Assembly: GCF_963921235.1 (NCBI RefSeq)
Contig: NC_086108.1
Span: forward strand, 36,210,001 to 36,274,000
Source: Mobula hypostoma
Lineage: Eukaryota
Reading direction: 5' to 3'
DNA: 64,000 nt
Part shown: piece by piece, positions 25,375 through 36,598 of the stretch
How the letters are laid out: the number at the start of each line of letters is the position of its first letter
Position numbering within the stretch: the first letter of the stretch is position 1
Position numbers and translations under genes: made by a program
Notes under the pieces: model-generated
Seen by the model: only the letters and a program-made list of their open reading frames with translations
What the model was told of the DNA's origin: nothing
Databases searched by the model: none

Positions 25375-26535
25375 TCACAAGTTGAGGATGCCATTGTCTA
25401 CCTGCTGAACCGTGTCTATGCCCACCTGGACAAGCCAGCGAGCACTGTGAGGATCATGTTTTTTGACTTCTCCAGTGCGTTCAACACCATCCGCCCTGCT
25501 CTGCTGGGGGAGAAGCTGACAGCGATGCAGGTAGATGCTTCTCTGGTATCATGGAATCTTGATTACCTGACTGGCAGACCACAGTACGTGTGCTTGCAAC
25601 ACTGTGTGTCCGACAGAGTGATCAGCAGAACTGGGGCTCCACAGGGGACTGTCTTGTCTCCCTTTCTCTTCCCCATTTACACCTCGGACTTCAACTACTG
25701 CACAGAATCTTGTCATCTTCAGAAGTTTTCGAATGACTCTGCCATAGTTGGGTGCATCAGCAATGGAGATGAGGCTGAGTACAGGGCTACGGTAGGAAAC
25801 TTTGTCACATGGTGTGAGCAGAATTATCTGCAGCTTAATGTGAAAAAGACTAAGGAACTGATGGTAGACCTGAGGAGAGCTAAGGTACCGGTGACCCCTG
25901 TTTGCATCCAGGGGGTCAGTGTGGACATGGTGGAAGATTACAAATACCTGGGGATATGAATTGACAATAAACTGGACTGGTCTAAGAACACTGACCAGTG
26001 TCAGTGTGAAGGGTCGGAGCCGTCTCTATTTCCTGAGGAGACTGAGGTCCTTTAACATCTGCCGGATGATGCTGAGGATGTTCTACGAGTCTGTGGTGGC
26101 CAGTGTGATCATGTTTGCTGTTGTGTGCTGGGGCAGCAGGGTGAGGGTAGCAGACACCAACAGAATCAACAAACTTATTCGTAAGGCCAGTGATGTTGTG
26201 GGGATGGATCTGGACTCTGTCACGATGGTGTCTGAAAAGAGGATGCTGTTCAAGTTGCATGCCATCTTGGACAATGTCTCCCATCCACTACATAATGTAC
26301 TGGTTGGGCACAGGAGTACATTCAGCCAGAGACTCATTCCTCCAAGATGCAGCACAGAGCGTCATAGGAAGTCGTTCCTGCCTGTGGCCATCAAACTTTA
26401 CAACTCCTCCCGATCCAGGGTATGCAATATTACCACAAGGAGAAGGTACTAGAGCCTAAAGATCAACACCAAATGATACAGGAATAGCTGCTTCCATTCT
26501 GCCATTAAGGGTTTTGAATGGCCAACAAATCTACG
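25375..26535 (+). mobile_element. Rex1/Babar LINE (RT + C-terminus), followed by an older Rex 3' fragment
   Basis: RIMFFDFSSAFNTI, GAPQGTVLSPFLF, LQLNVKKTKEL, YKYLG, RLYFLRRLRSF, RKSFLPVAIKLYN. Confidence 0.9.
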
Positions 26536-26551
26536 AATGCTTTTCTCATTA

Positions 26552-28525
26552 CAGGTTTCCCCCGCTATCTGAAGGTAGAGCATTCCTGTGAAACAGTTTG
26601 TAAGCCAGAATGTCGTAAAGTGAATAAGCAATTACCATTTATTAATATGGGAAAAAGTTTTGAGCGTTCCCAGACCCAGAAAATAACCTACAAAATCATG
26701 CCAAATAACACAAAACCTAAAATAACAGTAACATATAGTAAAAGCAGGAATGATATGATAAATACACAGCCTGTATAAAATAGAAATACTTTTCTGCATT
26801 GTCTAGCGCAGCGAAAGTCTCACAGCAGCGCTCTCGGAGGAAGCGCTTTCGGCAGAGGCACGGCGCAAGCGCTCGCGGCAGAAACACTCTCTCCAGTAAC
26901 CTTTATGCTATGAAGCTGCCAAATCATCCCAAATAACACATAAAAATACACAGCCTATATAAAGTAGAAATAACGTATGTACAGTAGCCAAACTCACTAT
27001 TGCCATATTTATTGCTGATGGTTCAAAACCTTTAAAATTGTTCACTGCTTCGGGACACAGTTTCCTCCAAACGCCATTTCTCATCGAGACTGTTAGCCTA
27101 TCGAGAGCATCTCCAATGTTGGCGATTGTCAATTTTATATTGCATTCTTTCCAGACCTCTCGCAAAGACGCTTCGGAGTTGCCCTCTCTGTCAATGGTAC
27201 TTACAATAAAACGCATCACATTTTGCGCATAGCAAGCCTTAATTGTGGCTATTAGGCCTTGGTCGCACGGCTGCAGCAACGATGTCGTATTCGGCGGTAA
27301 GAACGCAACACGAATGTTACTGCCATACTTGGTAATGTCAGGCGGATGAGCAGCACAATTATCGACAATCACAAGACACCTATTATTGAGGTTATTTTCT
27401 CTACAGTATTTTTCAACAAAAGGACTAACGTATCTGCTCATGTACTCAGAAAAAAGCACTTGGGTATTCCAACCACTTAGATGTGAATGGAACACAACAG
27501 GAAGTGTTTTCTTATCAACGCCTTTAAGTGCCCTCGGATTTTCTGAATGGTACACTAGTAGAGGCTTAAGGACAGCATCACCAGTGGCGTTAATAATAGG
27601 CATTAGGGTAAACCTGTCCTTCGATGCCTTGTGTCCCTTAGCCTGCTTTTCTTCTATCGAAATAAATGTCTTGCTCGGCAATTTTTTCCAATAAATTGCA
27701 GTTTCGTCACAGTTAAACACGTGCTTATATGAATAACTGCCTTCTGTAATTATTTTCTTCAGTTCTGCTGGGAACTTTTCGGCAGCCTCAGTATCAGCCG
27801 AAGCACTCTCTCCAGTAAGCGTTAAACTATGAAGCTGCCCTCACTTCAGAAACAGATCAAACCACCCATGACTACCTTTAAATTCCACTTTTGCAACACT
27901 TTCATCACCATCGTCCAGTGCTTTCTGTTTCAACTTATTAAAAAGACTGACTGATTTCTCCTTAAGTATAAGAAAACTTAACGGAACACCACACTTTGTA
28001 CACCCATCAATCCACTCAAGCAATAGACTTTCCATTTTATCCATTATTGGATGCCGACTAAGAGAGACCGCTTTGCTACGAGCAGAACCAACAGTAACAT
28101 CGGCAGCTTTCAAAATTCTTGTTCTCTGCATATAAATAGTGCGAATGGTAGAGGCAGGCAAGTTCAACGCGCAGACAATGTCCTTACTTCATTCACCACA
28201 ATTGAAACGCTAAACTATATCTAGTTTTATGTTAAGTGTAACGCCCTTACGAGCTCTTTTAGGCTTTTCTGATACCTTAGAACTCATCTTACTAACGGAT
28301 ACGCAAAATAAATCGAGATAAAGCACGTGTTTAAGCAATGGCGGCTAGAATGCAGTTCCGGGGGAGGAGCTTGGCTGTTCAGGCGCGCGCTGCTTTTTTT
28401 CGTAACAGTGAAAACACCTTCTGTTAGTGAAAACACCTTCTGTTAGCGAAAACAGGTAACTAATATAGGTCTTTTGTAACAGCGAGGTGTCGTAAAGCGA
28501 ACATTCAGAAAACGGAGGCCACCTG
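26552..28525 (-). mobile_element. Tigger/pogo-like DNA transposon, inactivated
   Basis: TA|CAGGT...ACCTG|TA termini; CENP-B-type HTH (FKGSHGWF) and DDE motifs FNCDET, VDNCAAHP, FLPPNTTSLLQPCDQG. Confidence 0.95.
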
Positions 28526-29185
28526 TATTGCTATTTTGTTTTTCTTTAATGTTTATGTCTTACACTGTACTGCTTCTGCAAAATAACAAATTTCATGACT
28601 TATATAAGTGACAATAAAACTGGTTCTTATTTATCAGTGACCCAGAAAATGAATGAAAGTATGTTAGAGTCATAAAGTATCATTCAGTTTAGAGATCAAA
28701 TGACAAAGACATTTCTGTTTGAGGCAGGAAGGCAAATGTTTGTTTATTTATAGTTTTAACATGTCAGTTTTTATTACCTTTTTCTGCTTCTAATATTGAC
28801 TACTGAATTCAAATCACTCAGCTGTTCCTCCATTAAATTGTCTACTTTATAATGAAATACTAGTGGAGATTCAATATCTTGTAAGTGACCGACAATAGTC
28901 AAGGGCAAACATTGAAATGTTCATTGTACTTTGGAGTCTTTAATGAAGCCGGAATTCTGTAATGATGATGGTGGTTACTAACCAATTAGTACTATAGCTA
29001 CATTTGTGAAGTGCCATCTGCTAAATGTAAGTTTAGATTATAACATAATATTTCTGCTTCCCCAAACAGAATGGTTTGGTCTTGCAAGGATTGCTTAGAT
29101 AAGCAGGTTTTAAAGTTATTTTCAATTATGCCTGAAAGGCAGTCCCCTTTGTCACAAAATGCAGCACATGACACCTTCAATTAAT

Positions 29186-29230
29186 TTTAATGTGTTCAGC
29201 ATCAAGCTCCTTGATGCTGAACACATTAAA
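29186..29230. repeat. Perfect 21-bp inverted repeat with 3-nt loop
   Basis: TTTAATGTGTTCAGCATCAAG-CTC-CTTGATGCTGAACACATTAAA. Confidence 0.95.
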
Positions 29231-29434
29231 TTTCTGTAGCAGAAATTTGCACATTTTAAAGAAACTGATTTCACCATAGCAGTATCCAGCTTGGCAGAAT
29301 ATTTTTATAATTGTATCCATAAACAGTGTTATCAAGGAAAAAATACGGATTTTTTTTGAACTTTTTAAGATGGAACTGAGGCCAAATGTGGGAGCAGATT
29401 TGAGTTTTTCTAATTTAAAGAAATGTTATTTTAT

Positions 29435-29730
29435 TTACTCAGAATGTGGGTATCACTGGCTAGGTCTGCATTTATTGCTTGATTGCCTCTGAACTGAGTG
29501 GGTTGTTGTGTTTAGAGGTCAGCCAAGAAGCAACTGCATTACTATGGATCATGGTTTAAATAAAACATACGGATGGCAGATTTCTTTCCCTGAAGGATTT
29601 AATAAACTAAATGGATGTTTATGCTAATTTAACGGTACTGGTGACCATAGATCTGACATCAGTTTTTAATTCCAGTTTATTTAGTACTTTAATTTCACCA
29701 CTGCTGTGGTGGGATTCAAATTCAGGTCTC
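29435..29730 (-). mobile_element. Ancient tRNA-derived SINE (tentatively MetaSINE-type core)
   Basis: Minus strand has B-box-like TTTGAATCCCACC, core CCTTCAGGGAAAGAAATCTGCCATCC and tail AATAAATGC..GCCAGTGATACCCACAT. Confidence 0.55.
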
Positions 29731-30139
29731 AATAGAAATGGATACAAGTTCACTACTTAATTACTTCACTATTGTGCATCTATTGTGATGCTGAGACACG
29801 TCATAGAATGCGTTGGGACACACCATCAGTGATGTAACCTGGGGTCGTTGGGTGTTATGGGTCTTTCAACATCAGACACTCTCAATAACCAAATGAAGAG
29901 AAATTTGGAAAATTTTAGTTAGGTATCTGCAGAATTTTTGATGCTTTTATTCAGTGTCTATTTTCCTTTGTTAGCTTTGCCAAGATTCTATCCCTGATTT
30001 AGTGTGCCAGATCAGACTGGCTTTTCCCTGTCTGGAATTAATTCTTGTTGCCTCCCATCACGATGCTTGTGCTTATCAATTATAATGGCGTGTATAGCAA
30101 TATAAGCTGTCACAATCTTTAGTGAGAAGTTCCCTTACG

Positions 30140-31948
30140 TAGAATAGTACAGCACAGTACAGGCCCTTCGGCCCACAATGTTGTGCTGACCCTCAAACCC
30201 TGCCTTCCATATAAGCCCCCACCTTAAATTCCTCCATATACCTGTCTAGTAGTCTCTTAAACTTCACTAGTGTATCTGCCTCCACCGCTGACTCAGGCAG
30301 TGCATTCCACGCACCAACCACTCTCTGAGTGAAAAACCTTCCTCTAAAATCCCCCTTGAACTTCCCACCCCTTACCTTAAAGCCATGTCCTCTTGTATTG
30401 AGCAGTGGTGCCTGGGGAAGAGGCGCTGGCTATCCACTCTATCTATTTCTCTTATTATCTTGTACACCTCTATCATGTCTCCTCTCATCCTCCTTCTCTC
30501 CAAAGAGTAAAGCCCTAGCTCCCTTAATCTCTGATCATAATACATACTTTCTAAACCAGGCAGCATCCTGGTAAATCTCCTCTGTACCCTTTCCAATGCT
30601 TCCACATCCTTCCTATAGTGAGATGACCAGGACTGGACACAGTATTCCAAGTGTGGCCTAACCAAAGTTTTATAGAGCTGCATCATTACATCGCGACTCT
30701 TAAACTCTATCCCTCGACTTATGAAAGCTAACACCCCGTAAGCTTTCTTAACTACCTTATCCACCTGTGAGGCAACGTTCAGGGATCTGTGGACATGTAC
30801 CCCGTGATCCCTCTGCTCCTCCACAGTACCACGTATCCTGTCATTTACTTTGTACTCTGCCTTGGAGTTTGTCCTTCCAAAGTGTACCACCTCACACTTC
30901 TCTGGGTTGAACTCCATCTGCCACTTCTCAGCCCACATCTGCATCCTATCATTGTCTCTCTGCAATCTATGACAATCCTCTACACTATGTACAACACCAC
31001 CAACCTTTGTGTCGACGGCAAACTTGCCAACCCACCCTTCCACCCCCACATCCAGGTCGTTAATAAAAATCACGAAAAGTAGAGGTCCCAGAACAGATCC
31101 TTGTGGGACACCACTAGTCACAATCCTCCAATCTGAATGTACTCCCTCCACCACGACCCTCTGCCTTCTGCAGGCAAGCCAATTCTGAATCCACCTGGCC
31201 AAACTTCCCTGGATCTCATGCCTTCTAACTTTCTGAATAAGCCTACCGTGTGGAACCTTGTCAAATGCCTTACTAAAATCCATATAGATCACATCCACTG
31301 CATTACCCTCATCTATATGCCTGGTCACCTCCTCAAAGAACTCTATCAGTTTTGTTAGATACGATCTGCCCTTCACAAAGCCATGCTGACTGTCCCTGAT
31401 CAGACCATGATTCTCTAAATGCCTATAGATCCTACCTCTAAGAATCTTTTCCAACAGCTTTCCCACCACAGACGTAAGACTCACTGTCTATAATTACCCG
31501 GACTATCCCTTCTACTTTTTTTGAACAAGGGGACAACATTCGCCTTCCTCCAATCCTCCGGTACCATTCCCGTGGACAACGAGGACATAAAGATCCCAGC
31601 CAGAGGCTCAGCAATCTCTTCTCTCGCCTCGTGGAGCAGCCTGGGGAATATTCCGTCAGGCCCTGGGGACTTATCTGTCCTAATGTATTTTAACAACTCC
31701 AGCACCTCCTCTCCCTTAATATCAACATGCTCCAGAACATCAACCTCACTCATATTGTCCTCACCATCATCAAGTTCCCTCTCATTGGTGAATACCGAAG
31801 AGATGTATTCATTGAGGACTTAGCTCACTTCCACAGCCTCCAGGCACATCTTCCTACCTTTATCTCTAATCGGTCCTACCTTCACTCCTGTCATCCTTTT
31901 TTTCTTCACATAATTGAAGAATGCCTTGGGGTTTTCCTTTACCCTACT
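30140..31948 (-). mobile_element. Young 5'-truncated CR1 LINE, same subfamily as 9004-11345
   Basis: 370-aa RT ORF 30372-31484, highly similar to the 9-11 kb copy. Confidence 0.95.
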
Positions 31949-32074
31949 TCCCTTCCTCACTTCAAAACTAGTTTAGGTTGTAAAGGCCATTGGTGACATT
32001 TAATGGAAATTAAATGGAAGTAAAAATTGCAAAAAAATTAAGAATTTTAAAAATGGAGATGTGAATGTAATGTT

Positions 32075-32335
32075 AATGCATGGTAGTGCAATGGTTAGCA
32101 CAACACCTTACAGTGTAGGCAACTCAGGTTCAATTCCCGCTGTTGCCTATGTACGCTCTCCCTGTAACTGTTGATTTCCTCCCACAGTCCAAAGATGTAC
32201 TGGTTGGTAGGTTAATTGATCCTTGTAAATTGTCTCGTGATTAGGCTACAATTAAATTAGAAGATAACTGGGCAGTGTGATTTGAAGGCCGGAAGGGCCT
32301 ATTCCGCACTGTATCTCAATAAATAAAACAATTAA
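32075..32335 (+). mobile_element. tRNA-derived V-SINE (HE1-like elasmobranch SINE)
   Basis: A box TAGTGCAATGG, B box GGTTCAATTCC, V-domain TTTCCTCCCACAGTCCAAAGATGT..TTGTAAATTGTC, CR1-like tail GAAGGGCCTATTCCGCACTGTATCTC. Confidence 0.8.
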
Positions 32336-33218
32336 AACCATTGAAGAAAAATTATCTTTGCCTAATAACAATTCCCATTGAAATTCATGCGGTTTCAAAT
32401 TCTGTGCTAACATGGAAGATTCCACAGTAGACTTATCCCCCAAAGACCTATGGGGAAAATTGGGCTTCTCCTCTAGATTGTGTTGCAATCTAGCTGTGTA
32501 ATAAATAATATTTGTTAGAACAATCTGGTCAAATATTGTTTCAAATAAATATTTTAAATACTTAATCCTAAGTAAATGAATCATCAGTATCTCCATTTTG
32601 CTTTACTTTCATTGACAATATTTAGAAAGATAAGACATTTTCCTGACTATCCCCTTTCTCCCCCAATAAAGTTGCCATTATTCATGCATTGGTACCCCAC
32701 ATGACCATCCTTGTTATGAAATTTGGCAAGTGCATTTTTGAACACAGCAATTGTAGGGTGTCTGATGTGTGACTGCTGGTAAATCTGTTATTACACTAAC
32801 TGGACTTGGTCAGAATGCTTAAGCCTATTTTGTGTGAATTTAGATTTTATTGCTAAGTGTTGTGCAAAATTAAGATACTTGTGTATGCAATTAAGTTAAT
32901 AATGCATTTGGATGATTATTTTAATGTTAATTCTAAAATTTTTGAATTATTTCATCTCAAGGTCAGTTTGAAACTAGTGGGGAAGCAGAAGTGGGTTGTA
33001 AGCGAGTAAAGATAGGACAATGGTTTTGCCATCTATCAAATGTGTTTTTTTTCAAAATATTAATGGCGGTGATTTGTTTTGGTCTGTCTTTATGATATGA
33101 TTACCTTTCATGAATGAATCTGAAAGACATTAGTTAAAACATAATTTTTTTGATGGGTATACATAAGGTAAATGCAGTGTAGTGGGTACTTGAAAACAAA
33201 CTGAAACTACTCAGATAT

Positions 33219-34260
33219 TGAGTACAGGGGTTGACACTGTATGGCGCATTTCCTAAATATCAACTTTTCAAATCGTGAAAAGTATGTTCGATTCTTTATT
33301 ATGAAATCAGTAAAGACAAACGATCTTATAGCAATAAAACTACCATAAGTAAAATTAGCAATCCTAGCTGTATAATAACATAAGTGGTCAACAAAAAAAA
33401 TCACCCCCGCGCTAACTAGACTAAACTGACCTAAAGACAAAGTGTGAACATGTAACTGTACTTATTTGCTTCTACCACACCCCCAACCCAAGTGACAAAT
33501 TACCCATAATAAATGCACAACACAAAATGCAATGCAGACTGACAGAAAATGGACTCCTATATCCCGTCCCCAATTATTATATTATAATAATTACAGCTAC
33601 GTACTACAAAAAAAGGAGACATGAAATCTTCAAAAAGAAACATCTTACCATTCATACAAATGTCCTCTTTCTTCTTTCAGTCAAGTCATGTAACAGTCAT
33701 CTAGGCCAGAGGTTACCAGCACTTAGTCCAATATAGATTGATGTTTACCACCACTTTCTGTCAAGTCAAAAGTCATGAAGCTTCTAGAGCTGTAGCTCCT
33801 CAAACCTCTCTCCTGTAGAATACAGATCTTGGTTATCGGTCTTCAGACAGCTGGTCTTGGTCTTGATGCGTACCTGCTGCATAAATCCTCTTCTTCCTGG
33901 AAAGACTTGAATGACGCTTCCCATCATCCATGAGTTTCGGGGTGCTGTGTCATCAAGTATAAGCACAATATCTCCTGGGAGGAAATTTGTGTTTTATGTC
34001 TGACCATTGCTGAGGTTCCTGTAGCTGTGGTAAATACTCCTTGGCCCATTGTTTTCAAAACAAATTTGACATGTATTCGTCAACTTCTGTCTGCAACATG
34101 CAGAAGTGTCTTCCTTTTGGAACTTTCCTGTTGGTAAGGATGGTGAGGTCTTCAGAAGGTCTTCATGGTTGGGTGCTGGTGCTTCCAAATCATTGGGATT
34201 GGAGAATGCTTTAGTAATTGGACAAAAATTGATGATAACCCCCACTTCATGGCTCCGACA
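33219..34260 (-). mobile_element. BEL/Pao LTR retrotransposon remnant (integrase C-terminus, PPT, probable 3' LTR ~33219-33561)
   Basis: PITKAFSNPNDLEAPAPNH and LILDDTAPRNSWMMGSVIQVFPGRRGFMQQVRIKT are BEL polyprotein C-terminal motifs; purine tract ATTGGGGACGGGA on the minus strand at ~33562-33575. Confidence 0.8.
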
Positions 34261-34526
34261 TGCAGAATAATTGTGTCTCTAAACAGCAAGTTCAGAAGCA
34301 TAGTGACTAGTTTTGGTGGCAAGTGTGATATAATTTGCAAGATCCATGCCAGTCTTTAAATTTTGTTAACACGTTTCAAGTATTTTCACAGAAAAAACAT
34401 CGCCTTTTTTTTATCAGCAAAGTTAATCATATTACATTAAAGAAACCTTTGACTTAAATTCAGGAACCTGTATTGATTGGTGAGGAACATTGCAGTTTTT
34501 GTATCTTAAAAAACTTTGTATCATAA

Positions 34527-34706
34527 ACACAAAATAATCTGCAGATGCTGGGGTCAAAGCAACACTCACAACATGCTGGAGGAACTCAGTAGATTGGGCA
34601 GCATCCATGGGAAAGATCGGTCTACGTTTCGGACCGGAATGTCGACCGATCTTTCCCATGGATGCTGCCCGACCTGCTGAGTTCCTCCAGTGTGTTGGGA
34701 GTGAAG
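34527..34706. mobile_element. Palindromic PLE-terminus mini-insertion (second family)
   Basis: ~70-bp imperfect inverted arms 34563-34632 / 34634-34703; 13-bp TSD CTTTGTATCATAA at 34514-34526 and 34707-34719. Confidence 0.88.
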
Positions 34707-35620
34707 CTTTGTATCATAATGTTTGACAGAATAATGAGAATAGTCTTAACTCAAAGTTGCAAGAAATTGAAAGTTCTTTGCGAGAAAATGTGCAGGGTGT
34801 GTTCAACTGTACATCCTGAAATTGACAGTCTTATGGATGTCTTTTATTTTCTGTTTTGATAATCTTATATGTGAAGTCTACATTCCAGTTAAAGAATGAA
34901 CAAGTCTGCAGAGGAACCTCCATTTGATATTTCTCCTTTGCAAGAGGCAACGCTTTTGGTTTAAAAAATAACTTACTGATAGATCCCTAAGGTTGCTATT
35001 TTCAAATGGTTTGTGCTGATTGCTGCAAATTATGCAGATGTCTTGTATGTTAGGTTCTTCAATATTAGATTGAAATTTTAAAGTAATTAACAAGCCACGA
35101 GATATGTGGCTGCAGTACAGTTTCTTCTCAAGAAGTATGTTCTTCAAATTTTTTGACATTCAAGGCAAATTACAACTGTAATCTTATTTGGAAAATTTAT
35201 TTGTTGCTGTTCAAAAGGATTGGTAAACAGATTGGGAAGTTTCTGTGCTATTGAGGTAAGAGTTTTAACTTCAGAATATAGTTTGATCTATTGGTATATC
35301 ATTGCCGATATAAAACTTGTATTTGTCTACAAAGTTGTGTGTATGAGGATTTGACTTTATTCTATCTTACATCCGTTAATTTCCTTTTCTCTCCCCACTT
35401 CCCCCAGTTTCTGGCTGCAAATGCACAGTACAAATAACATAATGAATATATTGTTTAAATTGATATTATTAAATCACAAAGCAAGATATTGAATTTCTTG
35501 AGAACCTCTGGTTCTTTGTAGGTCTGTTCAGTCAGTCCCATTCCTCTGCCATTGATGATTGTCTGCCTGAGGTATCTAGAATTAGAAGTCATAATCTCAA
35601 AAACATTCAAGACAGAGCTG

Positions 35621-36598
35621 CAGACATCCCACCTCTCTCGGAACTTCTGGGAGTCTCCCGCATATTAGTAGGGGCTCCCTGATGCCCGCAAATTATATAC
35701 AATGTCTTGGAAATTGATTTTTTTTGAAAGCGAGCGTGAGAGAACGCGCGAGAAAGAGCGAGAGAGCGAGCGCAAGAGCAAGAAAGCAAGCACGAGTCAG
35801 TGCGACCGCGAGAGAGAGCGAGAGCAAGAGCGAGAGAGCGACCGCGAGAGAGCGCGAGCGAGAGAGACAGAGAGCAAAAGCGAGAGAGTGACCGCGAGAG
35901 AGCGCGAGTGAGAGAGACAGAGAGCAAGAGCGAGAGAGCGAGCGCGAGTGAGAGCAACTGCGAGAGAGAGAGAGCGAGCGCGAGTGAGAGCGACTGCGAG
36001 AGAGAGAGCAAGAGCGAGAGAGCCAGCATGAGTGAGAGTGACCGCGAGAAAGTGAGCGCGAGTGAGAGCGACCGTGTGAGAGAGAGAGAGAGAGGGCGAG
36101 GGCGAGTGAGAGCAAGAGCAAGAGAGCGACCACGAGTGAGAGCGATCACGAGAGAGAGCGAGTGAGAGTGACCGCGAGAGAGCAAGAGCAAGAGAGTGAG
36201 CGCGAGTGAGAGTGACCATGAACGAGAGAGTGAGAAAGTTCCAAAAATAGTCAGAGTAGCATAGTGTCCCAAAAAAAGAAAATATAAAATGTACGTCACC
36301 CCAGACTACCCTAAAGTGTACCCCTGCCTAATGGGGCTCAAAATAATGACAGTGTTGCTCGCTGCACTGTTTGCAACAGTGACTTTTCTATTGCCCATGG
36401 TGGGTTAAGACTGTAAAAGACATGTTGAGGTGAGTTTAACAGGTGTCATTCGTTCATTGGCATAGCTAACGTTATTTAAACTAGCTGGCTAGCTGCTAAG
36501 GAGCTACTCTATTGCAGACATCACACCTCTCCCGAAAGTCTCCCGCAAATTGATGGTGCTACCTCCCTGAAATGAGTTTTTGCAGGGTGGGATGTCTG
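35621..36598. mobile_element. Unclassified non-autonomous DNA transposon (MITE), 13-bp TIR, 6-bp TSD
   Basis: CAGACATCCCACC...GGTGGGATGTCTG; flanks GAGCTG / GAGTTG; interrupts a CR1 fragment that reads FKT-EL-RRNHFIQRVVN when one TSD copy is removed. Confidence 0.85.
35728..36236. repeat. CpG-rich (GA/GC) compound low-complexity repeat inside the MITE
   Basis: Recurrent GAGAGCGAGCGCGAGT, GACCGCGAGA and GAGCAAGAGC units. Confidence 0.95.

Noticed and set aside
26908..28167. Possible domesticated TIGD-like gene
   Set aside because: Retains TIRs and TA TSDs; ORF is broken by stops and truncated at the C-terminus.
35380..35450. Strong polypyrimidine tract + CAG, possible cryptic CDC73 exon
   Set aside because: No convincing donor or CDC73-like coding sequence; exons 9 and 10 already join in frame.
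35607..36299. SR/RE-rich and Leu/Ser-rich ORFs in several frames
   Set aside because: By-products of the GA/GC simple repeat inside a MITE.
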